A DNA stretch of 63,969 bases, counting the filler, from an uncultured bacterium (GTDB taxonomy: Bacteria; Auribacterota; CAZIXI01), in the NCBI GenBank assembly GCA_964543115.1. It is 3 parts of 3 records of this genome, joined end to end, with 100 filler letters (N's around TTAATTAATTAA, not from the genome) between each part and the next. Parts side by side here need not be neighbours in the genome. Positions count along the whole stretch, not along the records: positions 1 to 26,036 come from CAZIXI010000015.1; positions 26,137 to 51,330 come from CAZIXI010000016.1; 1 more part is not named here. One strand, written 5' to 3'. The notes beneath the pieces were generated by a model that saw only the letters and a list, made by a program, of their open reading frames with translations, searched no databases and was not told where the DNA came from. The translations under genes and the position numbers were made by a program. Below are positions 20,545 through 30,772 of this stretch, piece by piece (position 1 is the first letter of the stretch; every line of letters begins with the position of its first letter).

Positions 20545-21511
20545 GAAAAAAATGATAATAATAGTTATTGGTGTGATTCTTGGTCTTGGTATTATTCTGA
20601 TAAGTTCAATGAAAAGAAAGTCCGGTTCACATACGATGATTGTTACGCAAATTAAACCGGCTATTGGTAATATCACAGAGATAATCAGTACTACGGGCAT
20701 TGTTGAGCCACAGAACCGCCTGGCAATCAAGCCGCCCATTAATGGCCGGATAAAAGAGATATTGGTAACGGAGGGTGATATTATCGAAAAGGGACAGATT
20801 CTGGCCTGGATGAGTTCTGCCGACCGGGCCGCCCTGCTGGATGCGGCGCACGCCAAAGGTGAGGAGGCAGTAAATTACTGGCGGGATGTATATAAACCGA
20901 CGCCGTTAATATCACCGATTGACGGTAAAGTAATTGCCAGGATACTGGGGCCCGGGCAGACGGTGACCACAGCGGAACCGGTATTGATTCTCTCTGACCG
21001 TTTGATTGTCAATGCTCAATTGGATGAAACGGATATCGGGGATGTGCGGCTCGAGCAAAAAGCGGTGATTACGCTTGATGCCTATCCCGAGAGAGAGATT
21101 GCCGGTGTGGTGGGCCATATAGCTTATGAATCAAAAACAGTGAGTAATGTTACTATCTATGAGGTGGATATTATTCCGGCGGAAATACCGGAATTTTTCC
21201 GGGCCGGAATGAGCGCTACAGTAGATATTATTGAAAAAGAGAAGAGTGATGTGCTGCTGCTGCCGCTTAGGGCGGTAATCAAGGAAGAAGGAAAAACCTG
21301 CGTTTTTGTGAAAAAGGGCAGGGGCAGTAAATTGCAGAAAAAGGAAATAGAGACCGGCCTTGATGATGGTGTAAGTGTGGAAATCCTTTCCGGCCTCCCG
21401 GCGGACTCTGTTATAGTTATGAAGCAAAAGGCATATTCCTTGCCGAAAAAAGATATCGGTACCAGTCCCTTCATGCCGCGAAGGAAAAAGCGGCAGGAAA
21501 AACATAGATGA
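20537..21511 (+). CDS. MacA-like periplasmic adaptor (MFP)
   Basis: N-terminal TM helix, lipoyl halves (GRIKEILVTEGD; SPIDGKV), beta-barrel LDETDI, TGLDDG membrane-proximal domain. Confidence 0.9.
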   Translation: MIKKKMIIIVIGVILGLGIILISSMKRKSGSHTMIVTQIKPAIGNITEIISTTGIVEPQNRLAIKPPINGRIKEILVTEGDIIEKGQILAWMSSADRAALLDAAHAKGEEAVNYWRDVYKPTPLISPIDGKVIARILGPGQTVTTAEPVLILSDRLIVNAQLDETDIGDVRLEQKAVITLDAYPEREIAGVVGHIAYESKTVSNVTIYEVDIIPAEIPEFFRAGMSATVDIIEKEKSDVLLLPLRAVIKEEGKTCVFVKKGRGSKLQKKEIETGLDDGVSVEILSGLPADSVIVMKQKAYSLPKKDIGTSPFMPRRKKRQEKHR

Positions 21512-23466
21512 TTGAACTAGCCAATGTCTCTAAAACCTATCGCCATAGCAAAGTGGCTGTTTCCGCGCTAAGCGAAGTCTCTCTTACTATCCAGCCGGGT
21601 GAGTTTGTCGCGATTATGGGGCCCTCGGGTTCAGGAAAATCTACGCTCCTGCATATTCTGGGTCTATTGGACCGGCCGGATTCCGGGGGGCATCGTTTTT
21701 GGCAAAGAGATGTTAATCGACTGGATGATGACGCCCTGGCGGCCCTGCGGAATTCTGTTATTGGCTTTGTCTTCCAGCAGTTTTTTCTTCTGGGCCGGGT
21801 CAGCGCCCTGGAAAATACCGAACTTCCTTTAATCTATGCCGGCAGAAGAAAATTTAAGGAAAAGGCGCAGCGCGCTTTAGCCGCTGTCGGTCTCGGTCAG
21901 CGGATTGGGCATAAACCGAATGAGCTTTCCGGTGGGGAGCAGCAAAGAGTGGCCATAGCCCGGTCACTGGTTAATGATCCGGTAGTTATTTTTGCGGATG
22001 AACCTACCGGCAATCTGGATACGGAAAGTGCTGGAGAGATAATGAAGATATTAACGGGGCTTAATGATCAAGGGATAACCATTATTATGGTAACCCATGA
22101 ACGGGATATTGCCTGTCATGCCGGGCGGATTATTTCCATGCGGGATGGTAAGATTATTTCAGATGAGTCCGGGTCCACGGACAAAATTGCCGCGAGTGAT
22201 AAGGAAATAAACTGCGCTAAAATCATTCAAGAGAAACATTCTTCGTTGGGGAAAATTGAGTTTATTGATCATATCCGCCAGGCATACCACGCGATAGTCG
22301 GTCATAAATTACGTTCTTTCCTGTCTATGCTGGGAATACTGATTGGGGTGGGAGCGGTAATCGCGATGCTGGCTATTGGTCAGGGCGCCAAACAAGCAAT
22401 TGAACAACGGCTGCGTTCGTTGGGATCAAATCTGCTATCGGTCAGAGGAGGATCGGCCAGGGTAAGAGGAGTGGCCACGCAGGCGGGTTCGGTCACCAGG
22501 TTTACGCCCGCTGATATTACTGCCGTCAAGGAATTGCCGGTAATCAGCCGGGCCTCCGGGTATGTCAGGGGCAGCGGCCAGATGGTCTATGGTAACGAGA
22601 ATTGGCGCACGCGTGTTGAAGGCGTCGGCTATGATTACGGGAATATGCGCTATTGTATTCCGGTTGTTGGCAGCTGGTTTACCCGGGAACAGATCCGTAA
22701 AAGGGCAAAGGTTATCATCTTGGGGGTTACGGTAGCGCAAAAATTATTCGGTGAAGAAAATCCGGTTGGTAAGCAAGTGAAATTAAACCGGATAAATTTC
22801 CAGGTGATTGGTATCCTGCCGAAAAAAGGCGGGAGTCATTGGGGTGACCGTGATGACGTGGTTGTAATACCGGTAACCACGGCAATGTATCGCGTGCTGG
22901 GTAAAAATTACCTGGACAGTTTTTACGCGGAGGTTGTTAGTGATAGTTTGATGAAAGAGGCGGAAGACGATATAAGGCGGCTGCTAATTAAGCGCCATCG
23001 TCTTAATAAAAACAATGAGGATTCATTTCATATCCGGGATATGGAAGAAATCCAGGAGATGATCGCGGAAACAACAAAAACTATCGGGTTGCTTTTAGGC
23101 TGTATCGCGGCGATTTCCCTGCTGGTCGGCGGTATTGGCATAATGAATATCATGCTGGTTTCGGTAACCGAGCGTACAAGAGAAATAGGTCTGCGTAAGG
23201 CGGTTGGCGCACGCTCACGGGATATTATGGCGCAATTTTTAATTGAATCAATTGTGATGAGTATTATTGGCGGCCTGCTGGGAATATGTCTGGGAGCATT
23301 AGTGTCTTTTACTTTATCGACCTTTGCCGGTTGGGCGACAATCATTTCTTTTTCCAGTATTGTTCTGGCAACCACATTTTCCGCCGCTGTTGGTGTAGGA
23401 TTTGGCTTATGGCCGGCTAAAAAAGCCGCCCGGCTCAATCCGGTGGAATCTCTGCGTTATGAGTAG
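21508..23466 (+). CDS. macB: MacB-family fused ABC ATPase-permease
   Basis: [60 protein letters not shown]. Confidence 0.93.
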   Translation: MIELANVSKTYRHSKVAVSALSEVSLTIQPGEFVAIMGPSGSGKSTLLHILGLLDRPDSGGHRFWQRDVNRLDDDALAALRNSVIGFVFQQFFLLGRVSALENTELPLIYAGRRKFKEKAQRALAAVGLGQRIGHKPNELSGGEQQRVAIARSLVNDPVVIFADEPTGNLDTESAGEIMKILTGLNDQGITIIMVTHERDIACHAGRIISMRDGKIISDESGSTDKIAASDKEINCAKIIQEKHSSLGKIEFIDHIRQAYHAIVGHKLRSFLSMLGILIGVGAVIAMLAIGQGAKQAIEQRLRSLGSNLLSVRGGSARVRGVATQAGSVTRFTPADITAVKELPVISRASGYVRGSGQMVYGNENWRTRVEGVGYDYGNMRYCIPVVGSWFTREQIRKRAKVIILGVTVAQKLFGEENPVGKQVKLNRINFQVIGILPKKGGSHWGDRDDVVVIPVTTAMYRVLGKNYLDSFYAEVVSDSLMKEAEDDIRRLLIKRHRLNKNNEDSFHIRDMEEIQEMIAETTKTIGLLLGCIAAISLLVGGIGIMNIMLVSVTERTREIGLRKAVGARSRDIMAQFLIESIVMSIIGGLLGICLGALVSFTLSTFAGWATIISFSSIVLATTFSAAVGVGFGLWPAKKAARLNPVESLRYE

Positions 23467-23683
23467 CCTGTCCTTTTTTCCGACGTTTTAACTGTCCTAT
23501 TATAAGACAATCCTATAAACAAAAGCGGCCAGTAGAGTTTTGCCTTCGTAACTTCCTGTTAACCAAGATGATATAATTGTTTCTAGGGACGAGTATTTGG
23601 CATTGTTTTTGCTACGTATGCAGGGAGAGGGCTGGGAAGTGTAAAATAATACAAGGAGGTTGGTGATGAAAAACGTATTGTTT

Positions 23684-24880
23684 GCGGGTTTAATTGTTGC
23701 GGGTAGTATTCTGTTTACTGTCATTGCTTTGGCGGCAACTAGTTGGTACCTGCCGGAAGGATCAACCGAAGGGTTTGATCTTTGGGTATTGGTAAATAAT
23801 CCGAGCAGTACAGACGCGACTGTCTATTATACTTTTTACTGGGATGGCGGTTCCCAGAGGTATCCGGCCAGCGGGACGGTGACTGTGGCCGCGGGTACTC
23901 GGTCAACACTGCATGTGAATGCGATTGCCGCGGAAGCGGACTATACTGATCTTGAAGATAAAGCGCTGTCCACAAAGGTAGTTTGTACTAATAATATAAA
24001 TATATATGTTGAACGGGCAATGTATTGGCCGGTAGGGGGTAGTAGTTGGGAAGGCGGTCATACGGCTCGCGGGATAAGCGGGACCGAAGGTGCCTTGACT
24101 GATATAATGCAGCCGTCTTCTTTCCCAATTACCATTGACCAGCCCGGTTCATATAAGCTGGTAGAAAATATAACGGTTTCCGATACGGATACTAACGGTA
24201 TTACTATTTCGGCCAGCAATGTGGAATTGGACCTGAACGGTTTTACGATTGCCGGTCCGGGGTATAATTCCGGTAGTTCCGGTAATGGGATCAATGTTTC
24301 AGATGATACGCTCTATAATATAGCAATCAGGAACGGTAATATCAGGAATTTCAGGGGCCGGGGGATTTCCGTGCACGCGACTTCCGGGGCGATAGAAAAT
24401 GTTACCTTGAATAACCTCCGCTTAGATACCAACGGGGAGTGGGGAGTTTATTTATACGGTACTCTACCCGCGCTGGTAGAGGATTGTCTCTTCTATAATA
24501 ACGGCGCCGGCGGCGCGGACGCCGCGGCTGTCGGCGGGCTTAATATCTTTTCGTCCACCATTGTCAGGAATAACGCGTTTTATTACAATGAGGGGTACGG
24601 GATTTATCTCTATAATACTGCCGGTGACGGTAATGTTATTGAGGGTAATACAATTTCGAATACACAGGATCAAGCGGGGTTAAGTACGGATGCCGGGATC
24701 TATGTGGCGGGAGTGGAAAACCGGATAGACGGTAATCTGTGTATTGATAATACTACCGCTGATATTAATCTGGCGGGCAGTGATAATCTGTGTGTTAATA
24801 ATGCCTATAAGTTGATTAGCGGTACGGGTGATGATACGGTAACGGTTACTAACCAGGCTAATTCAGATTTGGATGCCTAG
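23684..24880 (+). CDS. Secreted DUF5719-like plus beta-helix protein (paralog of 17811-19139)
   Basis: Signal peptide; WYLPEGST...ERAMYW; ITISASNVELDLNGFTI; GGAGGT RBS upstream; exact start GTG 23684 or ATG 23687. Confidence 0.8.
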   Translation, partial: AGLIVAGSILFTVIALAATSWYLPEGSTEGFDLWVLVNNPSSTDATVYYTFYWDGGSQRYPASGTVTVAAGTRSTLHVNAIAAEADYTDLEDKALSTKVVCTNNINIYVERAMYWPVGGSSWEGGHTARGISGTEGALTDIMQPSSFPITIDQPGSYKLVENITVSDTDTNGITISASNVELDLNGFTIAGPGYNSGSSGNGINVSDDTLYNIAIRNGNIRNFRGRGISVHATSGAIENVTLNNLRLDTNGEWGVYLYGTLPALVEDCLFYNNGAGGADAAAVGGLNIFSSTIVRNNAFYYNEGYGIYLYNTAGDGNVIEGNTISNTQDQAGLSTDAGIYVAGVENRIDGNLCIDNTTADINLAGSDNLCVNNAYKLISGTGDDTVTVTNQANSDLDA

Positions 24881-24886
24881 ATATTT

Positions 24887-24919
24887 AAGGGGGACGTCTT
24901 TTTCAAAGACGTCCCCCTT
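24887..24919. terminator. 15-bp inverted repeat, probable bidirectional terminator or REP-like element
   Basis: AAGGGGGACGTCTTT-TTC-AAAGACGTCCCCCTT between convergent genes. Confidence 0.75.
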
Positions 24920-24953
24920 GTTGTGCTCTTCATTTGCTTTTTTGCTAAACAAG

Positions 24954-25984
24954 CTAAGTAATTTTGAAAATTTCTGTAAATCCTTTCTGCCAAGGGACAA
25001 TATTGATATCTCCTAAATTATATGCTCTTGGTGTGTTGCAGAAACAGTATAATCGCGCATTCTTGTTTTCTGATTGGAAAGATTTTAGCGCACGCAGATC
25101 CTGTTCTACAGGGCTAGTGCCTGATTTTATTTCAATTGCTATTGGTGATTCATGAATTCCGCGGGAGAGGATTATATCTACTTCAAGCCCGCTATTGGTT
25201 CGCCAATAAAAAAAATTATAGTCTGTTTCTAGGTAGTCATTTGCGCGGATTAATTCCTGGATAATAAATGTCTCAAATAACTTTCCGTAGCGGTATGAAT
25301 TCTCCCGCAATTCTATTTTTATCTCACCTCTTATGGTGTTTAAGACGCCGCAATCAAAAAAATAGTATTTAGGGGCTTGCCTGACTTGTTTTCTAATAGA
25401 AAAGCTCCAGGCATTTATGCGGAACGCAATGAGGGTGTCTTCAAGAATGGAGAAATATTGTTGTGCTGTTTTTGTGCTAATGTTGCATTCTCTGGCAATA
25501 TTGGTGAAATTCAGAGATTGTCCGTTCATTTGCCCTGCGATATCAAGAAACCGGATAAATCCTTCAATCTTGCGCACAAATGCCTCTTGAAAAATTTCTT
25601 CTTTCAAATATGTTTCAACATATGCACGTAATGTTCTTTCGGGAAATTCATCTTCCAGATAGATAGCCGGTAATGTCCCGATCCGGAGGGCCTTGCTAAG
25701 ATCGAGATCAATTTCTTTGTGAGAAAGAGGATGTAGTCGTAACGTCCAGGCTCTGCCAGCGAGCAGATTCGCTCCTCCCCGTTTTAGTTTTCTTGCGCTT
25801 GATCCAGTTAAAATGAACCTTATATGATGTTTGTATTTCTCTATTAAATAGTGGACTTCATCTAAAAGAGAAGGTAGTTTTTGAACTTCATCAATAAATA
25901 CGGTGAGTACTCTATCTGAATTTATTTCTTTTTCAAGTTCCTTTCTGAAAAGACCAGGATTTCGTAGATATCTGGTAAATAAAT
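24954..25984 (-). pseudogene. AAA+ ATPase with DUF4143 domain, N-terminus (Walker A) missing
   Basis: FIDEVQK Walker B, ILTGSSAR, LAGRA, KYYFFDCG, YWRTNSG.EVD present; no Walker A; the ORF-track N-terminus is read through the IS-like end. Confidence 0.75.
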
Positions 25985-26036
25985 TGATCTTCCCCCGAAA
26001 AAGTGGACACAACGAAGAGTTGGTGGTAGGATGAAA
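25985..26036 (+). mobile_element. Probable left end of an IS3-family element at the contig end
   Basis: TGATCTTCCCCCGAAAAAGTGGACAC resembles IS3-type TG...GGACA inverted repeats; followed by a purine-rich stretch and ATGAAA; coincides with gene truncation and the contig break. Confidence 0.55.
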
Positions 26037-26136
26037 NNNNNNNNNNNNNNNNNNNNNNNNNNNNNNNNNNNNNNNNNNNNTTAATTAATTAANNNNNNNN
26101 NNNNNNNNNNNNNNNNNNNNNNNNNNNNNNNNNNNN
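26037..26136. other. Artificial contig-joining linker
   Basis: 100 nt of N with central TTAATTAATTAA (stops in all six frames). Confidence 0.97.
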
Positions 26137-26138
26137 AC

Positions 26139-27505
26139 CTTAAACAACCGGATGATCTTATTTCTATTTTTGCTAAATCAAATGTAGTGATTGGCGCGGC
26201 ACATTATACCTTAAATGAAAAACTTTCCCGGCTGGCCGTAGAAATGGCGCCTCCTGGGTTGATATGGGTGGTAACACCGGTGTTGTCCTGCGCCAGCAGG
26301 CCAATGCCCAAACGGCAATCAAAAATAAATGCGCTATGGCTCCGGATAATGGACTGGCACCGGGTATGGCCTGTAATATCCTGGCCGTAGATGGAATTAA
26401 TAAACTGGTGGGTGACAATTACGAAGTAGATGATGTGGTTATCCGTGTTGGCGGCCTGCCGCTCAGTGACTGGGACCTTCAGCAATTACTGCAAAAAGAA
26501 GCCGATCCGGTTGCCCAAAAAGAACTGGAAGCCTTACTTGAAGATACCGACAGGAGATTTTTTAGCCCCTTAAAATACCTGCTTGTTTTCAGTATCTGGG
26601 GCCTGATCAATGAATACATGGGCCATTCCCTGGCCATCCGTGACGGCAAAATAGTGGCCATCCCCACCATGGCCGAAGAAGAAAGGGAACCGGTAATTAT
26701 TGACCTGGAGGATCCCGAAGTCTATGAAGCAATTCTCACCTCCGGCGGAATCTCCCTCATCCCTTACGCCTATCGCGGTATCGTCAAAAATATGATTTAT
26801 GAAACCATTCGTTATGCCGGCCACGGACCGATCATTAAGGCCTTTATCGAAATGGGGTTTTTCGCCGAAGAAGAACTAGCCAAGGTACATATCGGCGAAA
26901 AAGGGAAAATCGTTCCGGCACAATTCTTCCGTCAACTTTACTCCCCGGAACTATTAGATCAGGACAATGTACAAAGTGCCGCCCAATACCTTGGCCTGCT
27001 GAATACAGAAGAAATAACCGTTACTCCTGATGAAGACGGCTATATCACGCCGCGGGAAGTGTTTGCTCAAATAGCCCAGAGTATACTGCACAACCCCCAA
27101 GAAAAAGATAAGATCCTTATTCAGGTAGAAGTAACCGGCCACCGTGACGGAAAGATGAAACGGTTAACCTATAACTACAATACTCTTAATGCTGGAAGTT
27201 ACGGCAAAGAGTTCTCTGAAATGGGCCGCTTGACGGCTTTTCCGGTGGCCATCCTGGCAATGATGATGGCCCGCGGCGAATTCCCCTATGCCGGCGCTGG
27301 TGGGATTGAAAAGATTGTGGACACAGAAAAATTCATTCAATATATGCAGGAACGGGGAATAAACATCCAGGTAACTGTTGATGAAGAAATAAATAATCAC
27401 ACCGCCGCTACCGCCGCTGATCTCGCTCAGAAAATCCGGGCACAGACTCAACCGGCAACTCCGGCAAGCGAATCCCCGCCCACTCCCTTCACCCACTCTG
27501 TTTAA
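26139..27505 (+). pseudogene. Saccharopine dehydrogenase / lysine 6-dehydrogenase-like, 5'-truncated by the contig start, with an apparent frameshift at about 26246
   Basis: Frame A gives NVVIGAAHYTLNEKLSRLAVEM and frame B gives DMGGNT...PDNGLAPGM...GGLP...EYM...YETIRYAGH; adding one G restores EMGASWVDMGGNT. Confidence 0.75.
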
Positions 27506-27514
27506 GTCGGCATT

Positions 27515-28330
27515 TTACAGCAGTTTCTTTGCTTTTGGATCAAGGTAATCGCGCAGGGTATCGCCAAGGAGATTGCAGCTGATCACGGTCAGGGCCAGGG
27601 CCAGACCGGGAAAGACCACAATCCAGGGCGCGGTTTGAATATAGTCCCGGCCGAAATTAATCATACTACCCCAGGTAGGTGTGGGCGGCGGCACTCCCAA
27701 TCCCAGAAAACTAAGACTGGCCTCACTAAGGATAAAGGTACCCAGGCGGAGGAACCCGGCAATAATAATCAGCGGCAGACAATTAGGGAAAAGGTGCCGC
27801 CAGATAATCACCTTTTTACTTGCCCCCAGGGCCTGGGCCGATTCCACATAACCACTTTCCTTTTGATTTAACACCAGCCCCCGGGTAAACCTGGCCAAAC
27901 TGGCCCAGCCCACCAGGGTCAGGGCCAAAATAACCGTTGTGCCGCTGGGCGTAAGCACAACCGTAATCCCGATAGCCAGCAGTAAACTGGGAAAAGATAG
28001 TGTAATATCAATCAGGGAACAAATAATCCTGTCCACTACCCCGCCGGAATAACCGGCAATCATTCCAATCACCAATCCCAACACTAAAGAAGTAAGCGTG
28101 GCCAAGAGACCAATCCCCAGTGAAATCCGCGCGCCGTAGATTATCCTGCTTAAAACATCCCGCCCCTGATTATCCGTACCCAACAAATGCGCTTTACTTG
28201 GTCCTGCCAGTCTGTCTTCCAAGTGTATTGCCACTGGATCAGCAGAAACAAATAACGGACCAAAAATCGCCAGCAAGGCGATCATTCCAATTAAAGTTAG
28301 ATAAATTCTCAAAAACACTTTATTCTTCAT
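27515..28330 (-). CDS. Peptide/nickel ABC transporter permease (DppC/OppC-like)
   Basis: HLLGTDNQGRDVLSRIIYGARISL, EAA loop YVESAQALG, SFLGLG. Confidence 0.93.
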   Translation of the reverse strand: MKNKVFLRIYLTLIGMIALLAIFGPLFVSADPVAIHLEDRLAGPSKAHLLGTDNQGRDVLSRIIYGARISLGIGLLATLTSLVLGLVIGMIAGYSGGVVDRIICSLIDITLSFPSLLLAIGITVVLTPSGTTVILALTLVGWASLARFTRGLVLNQKESGYVESAQALGASKKVIIWRHLFPNCLPLIIIAGFLRLGTFILSEASLSFLGLGVPPPTPTWGSMINFGRDYIQTAPWIVVFPGLALALTVISCNLLGDTLRDYLDPKAKKLL

Positions 28331-29253
28331 TTACCTCTTATCCTGGGATTCACCAACCGGTAACCAATATCAGCTAGCAGATTAACCGTCACAAAAATCA
28401 ACGCGCCCCAGAGAACAACCGCCAGAATGATCGGATAGTCACGCTTAAAAATAGCGGTTACCGCCCAGCGGCCGATCCCATCCCAGCCAAAAATCGTTTC
28501 CGTGAGCACCGCCCCGTTAAGATAACTGCCCAGATCCAGGGCAACCAGCGTTACTACCGGGATCAGGGCGTTACGAAGACTGTGTTTCACTATCAGCTTC
28601 CATTTACTCACCCCCCGGGCCTTTACCGAAGTAACATACGGCTGACTGAACACCTCCAGCATACTGGCCCTGGTCACCCGGGCAATATAGGCCAGGGAAC
28701 GCGAGCCCAATGTAACCGCCGGCAGAATAAGAAACGCCAATTGCCCCTGCCCCATGCCCGACGGCGGCAGCCAGCGCAAATGATAGGCAAAAACAATGAT
28801 CAGCACCAATCCCCACCAGAAGACCGGCAAGGAAATCCCGCAGGTAGCCCCAAACATCGTTAAACGGTCAATCGCTGTATTATGTTTAACCGCGGAAATT
28901 ATCCCTACCGCTAAACCGCCCAGAACAGCGATCAACATCGCCGCCAGGGCCAGCCGCAGGGTGTTGGGAAATTTCTGCCAGAAAATTTCCTCTACCGCCT
29001 GACCGGTATAATAGGAATAACCCAGATTGCCCCGGCAGATCTGCCCCAGATACTTCACGTATTGTGTCCAGAACGGCTGATCCAAACCCAGTTTAGTTCG
29101 ATACTCTTCTACTATTTCCGCGCTCGCCCGCTCGCCCACCAGTGTATACACCGGATCCCCGGGAATGTTTTTAATTAAAATAAAAGTGATGAGTGTAACA
29201 CCAAAAAGGGTAGGAATTAAGAGTAGCAGGCGCTTGATAATATATGAAATCAT
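28327..29253 (-). CDS. Peptide/nickel ABC transporter permease (DppB/OppB-like)
   Basis: IPGDP, GLDQP, R..RASMLE, ARG, HSLRNALIP. Confidence 0.93.
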   Translation of the reverse strand: MISYIIKRLLLLIPTLFGVTLITFILIKNIPGDPVYTLVGERASAEIVEEYRTKLGLDQPFWTQYVKYLGQICRGNLGYSYYTGQAVEEIFWQKFPNTLRLALAAMLIAVLGGLAVGIISAVKHNTAIDRLTMFGATCGISLPVFWWGLVLIIVFAYHLRWLPPSGMGQGQLAFLILPAVTLGSRSLAYIARVTRASMLEVFSQPYVTSVKARGVSKWKLIVKHSLRNALIPVVTLVALDLGSYLNGAVLTETIFGWDGIGRWAVTAIFKRDYPIILAVVLWGALIFVTVNLLADIGYRLVNPRIRGK

Positions 29254-30752
29254 TCGTTCCTCGTTCCTCGTCTATCATCTATCGTTTTACTTACATCGGT
29301 ACCTTTGTCGCCGTTATATACCGGATATAACTTCAGGCCGCTAATCCATGGTTGGGCCACTACTAGTTCATTCTTATGCCACAAAAACAGCCAGGGGGCC
29401 TGCCGGGCAATCAACCGCTGGGCCTGCCGGTAAAGAGCGGCGCGCTTTTCAGGATCTGCTTCTGCCTGCGCCTGCGTAATCAACCGGTCAACCAGCGGAT
29501 CCTTAAACCGCGCCCGGTTACCGCCGCTGCCCCAGTTAGCGGAATGGAAGGTAGGATAAAGAAAATTTTCCGCGCTGGGATAATCCGCCCACCAGCTCAT
29601 CAGAAACATATCTGCCTGTCCCTTGGCCACCGCCTCTTTAAAGGCACTCCATTCCAGGGGCACCACCTGCACCGGGATACCGAGTTCCGCCAGATAATGC
29701 TGAATACTCTCCACAATATGAATTGATTCCTTCTGCGCCCGGACATAGATCTTAATGGGCTCCGAAAAAGTCACTCCGGATTGCTGCAACAACCGTTTAG
29801 CCTTATTGGGAAGATAGCTATAACCCGGCAGATCATCAGTTAGCAGCGCCGGCGGCACCGGCCCCTTAGCCGCCCGGGCCTGGCCTTCCAGAAGATGAGT
29901 AATAATTTTTTGCTTATCAACCGCGTAATTAAACGCCTGCCGCAAGCGGTAAGAATTAAAAGGGCCTTGCTGGCAATTAAAACCAATATAATAGGTATTC
30001 AAGCCACTCTGAGAACATGTCTGCCACTTATCATTCGCCTGGTAGCGCGGCCAATCATCCAAGGATATCTCTATCATATCCAGCTGTCCCAGTTCAAATT
30101 CCGCTTCAGTGGTAAACTCCTCCGGAATAACGCGGTACTCTATCCCGGCTACTTTAGGCGCCTGACCAAAATAAAATTCGTTTGGCTTTAACAGCAAACG
30201 ATTATCATGCTGCCACTCCGCCAAGACATAGGGACCGGTACCGAGATTATCTGCAGACACCAGATAGGCATTGGGCATGGCCAATAGATTCAGAAAGGGA
30301 GCAAACGGTTCAGTCAGCTTTACCTGGAACTCGTCAGGCGCCACTACCCGGAACTCCCGCACCTTATCAAACAACCAGCGCCTGGGTGAGGTTGTTGCCG
30401 GATCAATAATCCGCTGGTAACAACGCCGGAAATCCTCCGCGGTTACCGGCCGGCCATCACTGAACTTGGCATCCGCACGCAGTTTAAAGGTATAAACACA
30501 CCCATCCGCTGATATCTCCCACGATTGGGCAATATCCGGCACTACCCGGCAATGCTCATCAATGCGCACCAGGCCATTATATAGCTTAGCGGCAATCACC
30601 CCGCCGCTCACATCCACAATATAGGCCGGATCCAAAGTCGTCGGATCCTCCTTCAAACGCAGATGAAGAACATCATCCCGCTCTACAGGACGAGCACAAC
30701 CACTAATCAATAGAACTATAAATAATATCTGCGCTAATCTGTATCTTTTCAT
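29250..30752 (-). CDS. ABC transporter substrate-binding lipoprotein, family 5 (DppA/OppA-like)
   Basis: Lipobox LISGC; TLDPA, LYNGLV, PDIAQSW, GTGPY, LRQAFNYAVD. Confidence 0.93.
   Translation of the reverse strand: MKRYRLAQILFIVLLISGCARPVERDDVLHLRLKEDPTTLDPAYIVDVSGGVIAAKLYNGLVRIDEHCRVVPDIAQSWEISADGCVYTFKLRADAKFSDGRPVTAEDFRRCYQRIIDPATTSPRRWLFDKVREFRVVAPDEFQVKLTEPFAPFLNLLAMPNAYLVSADNLGTGPYVLAEWQHDNRLLLKPNEFYFGQAPKVAGIEYRVIPEEFTTEAEFELGQLDMIEISLDDWPRYQANDKWQTCSQSGLNTYYIGFNCQQGPFNSYRLRQAFNYAVDKQKIITHLLEGQARAAKGPVPPALLTDDLPGYSYLPNKAKRLLQQSGVTFSEPIKIYVRAQKESIHIVESIQHYLAELGIPVQVVPLEWSAFKEAVAKGQADMFLMSWWADYPSAENFLYPTFHSANWGSGGNRARFKDPLVDRLITQAQAEADPEKRAALYRQAQRLIARQAPWLFLWHKNELVVAQPWISGLKLYPVYNGDKGTDVSKTIDDRRGTRNE
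29252..29286. repeat. Degenerate heptamer repeat at the dppA/dppB junction
   Basis: ATTCGTT CCTCGTT CCTCGTC TATCATC TATCGTT. Confidence 0.7.
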
Positions 30753-30767
30753 CTGCGATCATCTGTG
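30727..30767. repeat. ATCTG(C/T)G repeat with roughly 10-nt period at the radical SAM/dppA junction
   Basis: ATCTGCG 30727, ATCTGTA 30737, ATCTGCG 30751, ATCTGTG 30761. Confidence 0.65.
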
Positions 30768-30772
30768 TTTTG

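Noticed and set aside
25985..26012. ORF-track start MCPLFRGKI for the ATPase
   Set aside because: Read from the IS-like end; not part of the family
26037..26136. TTAATTAATTAA palindrome in both N gaps as a biological site
   Set aside because: An identical 100-nt cassette occurs at both gaps; it is a six-frame stop linker used to concatenate contigs
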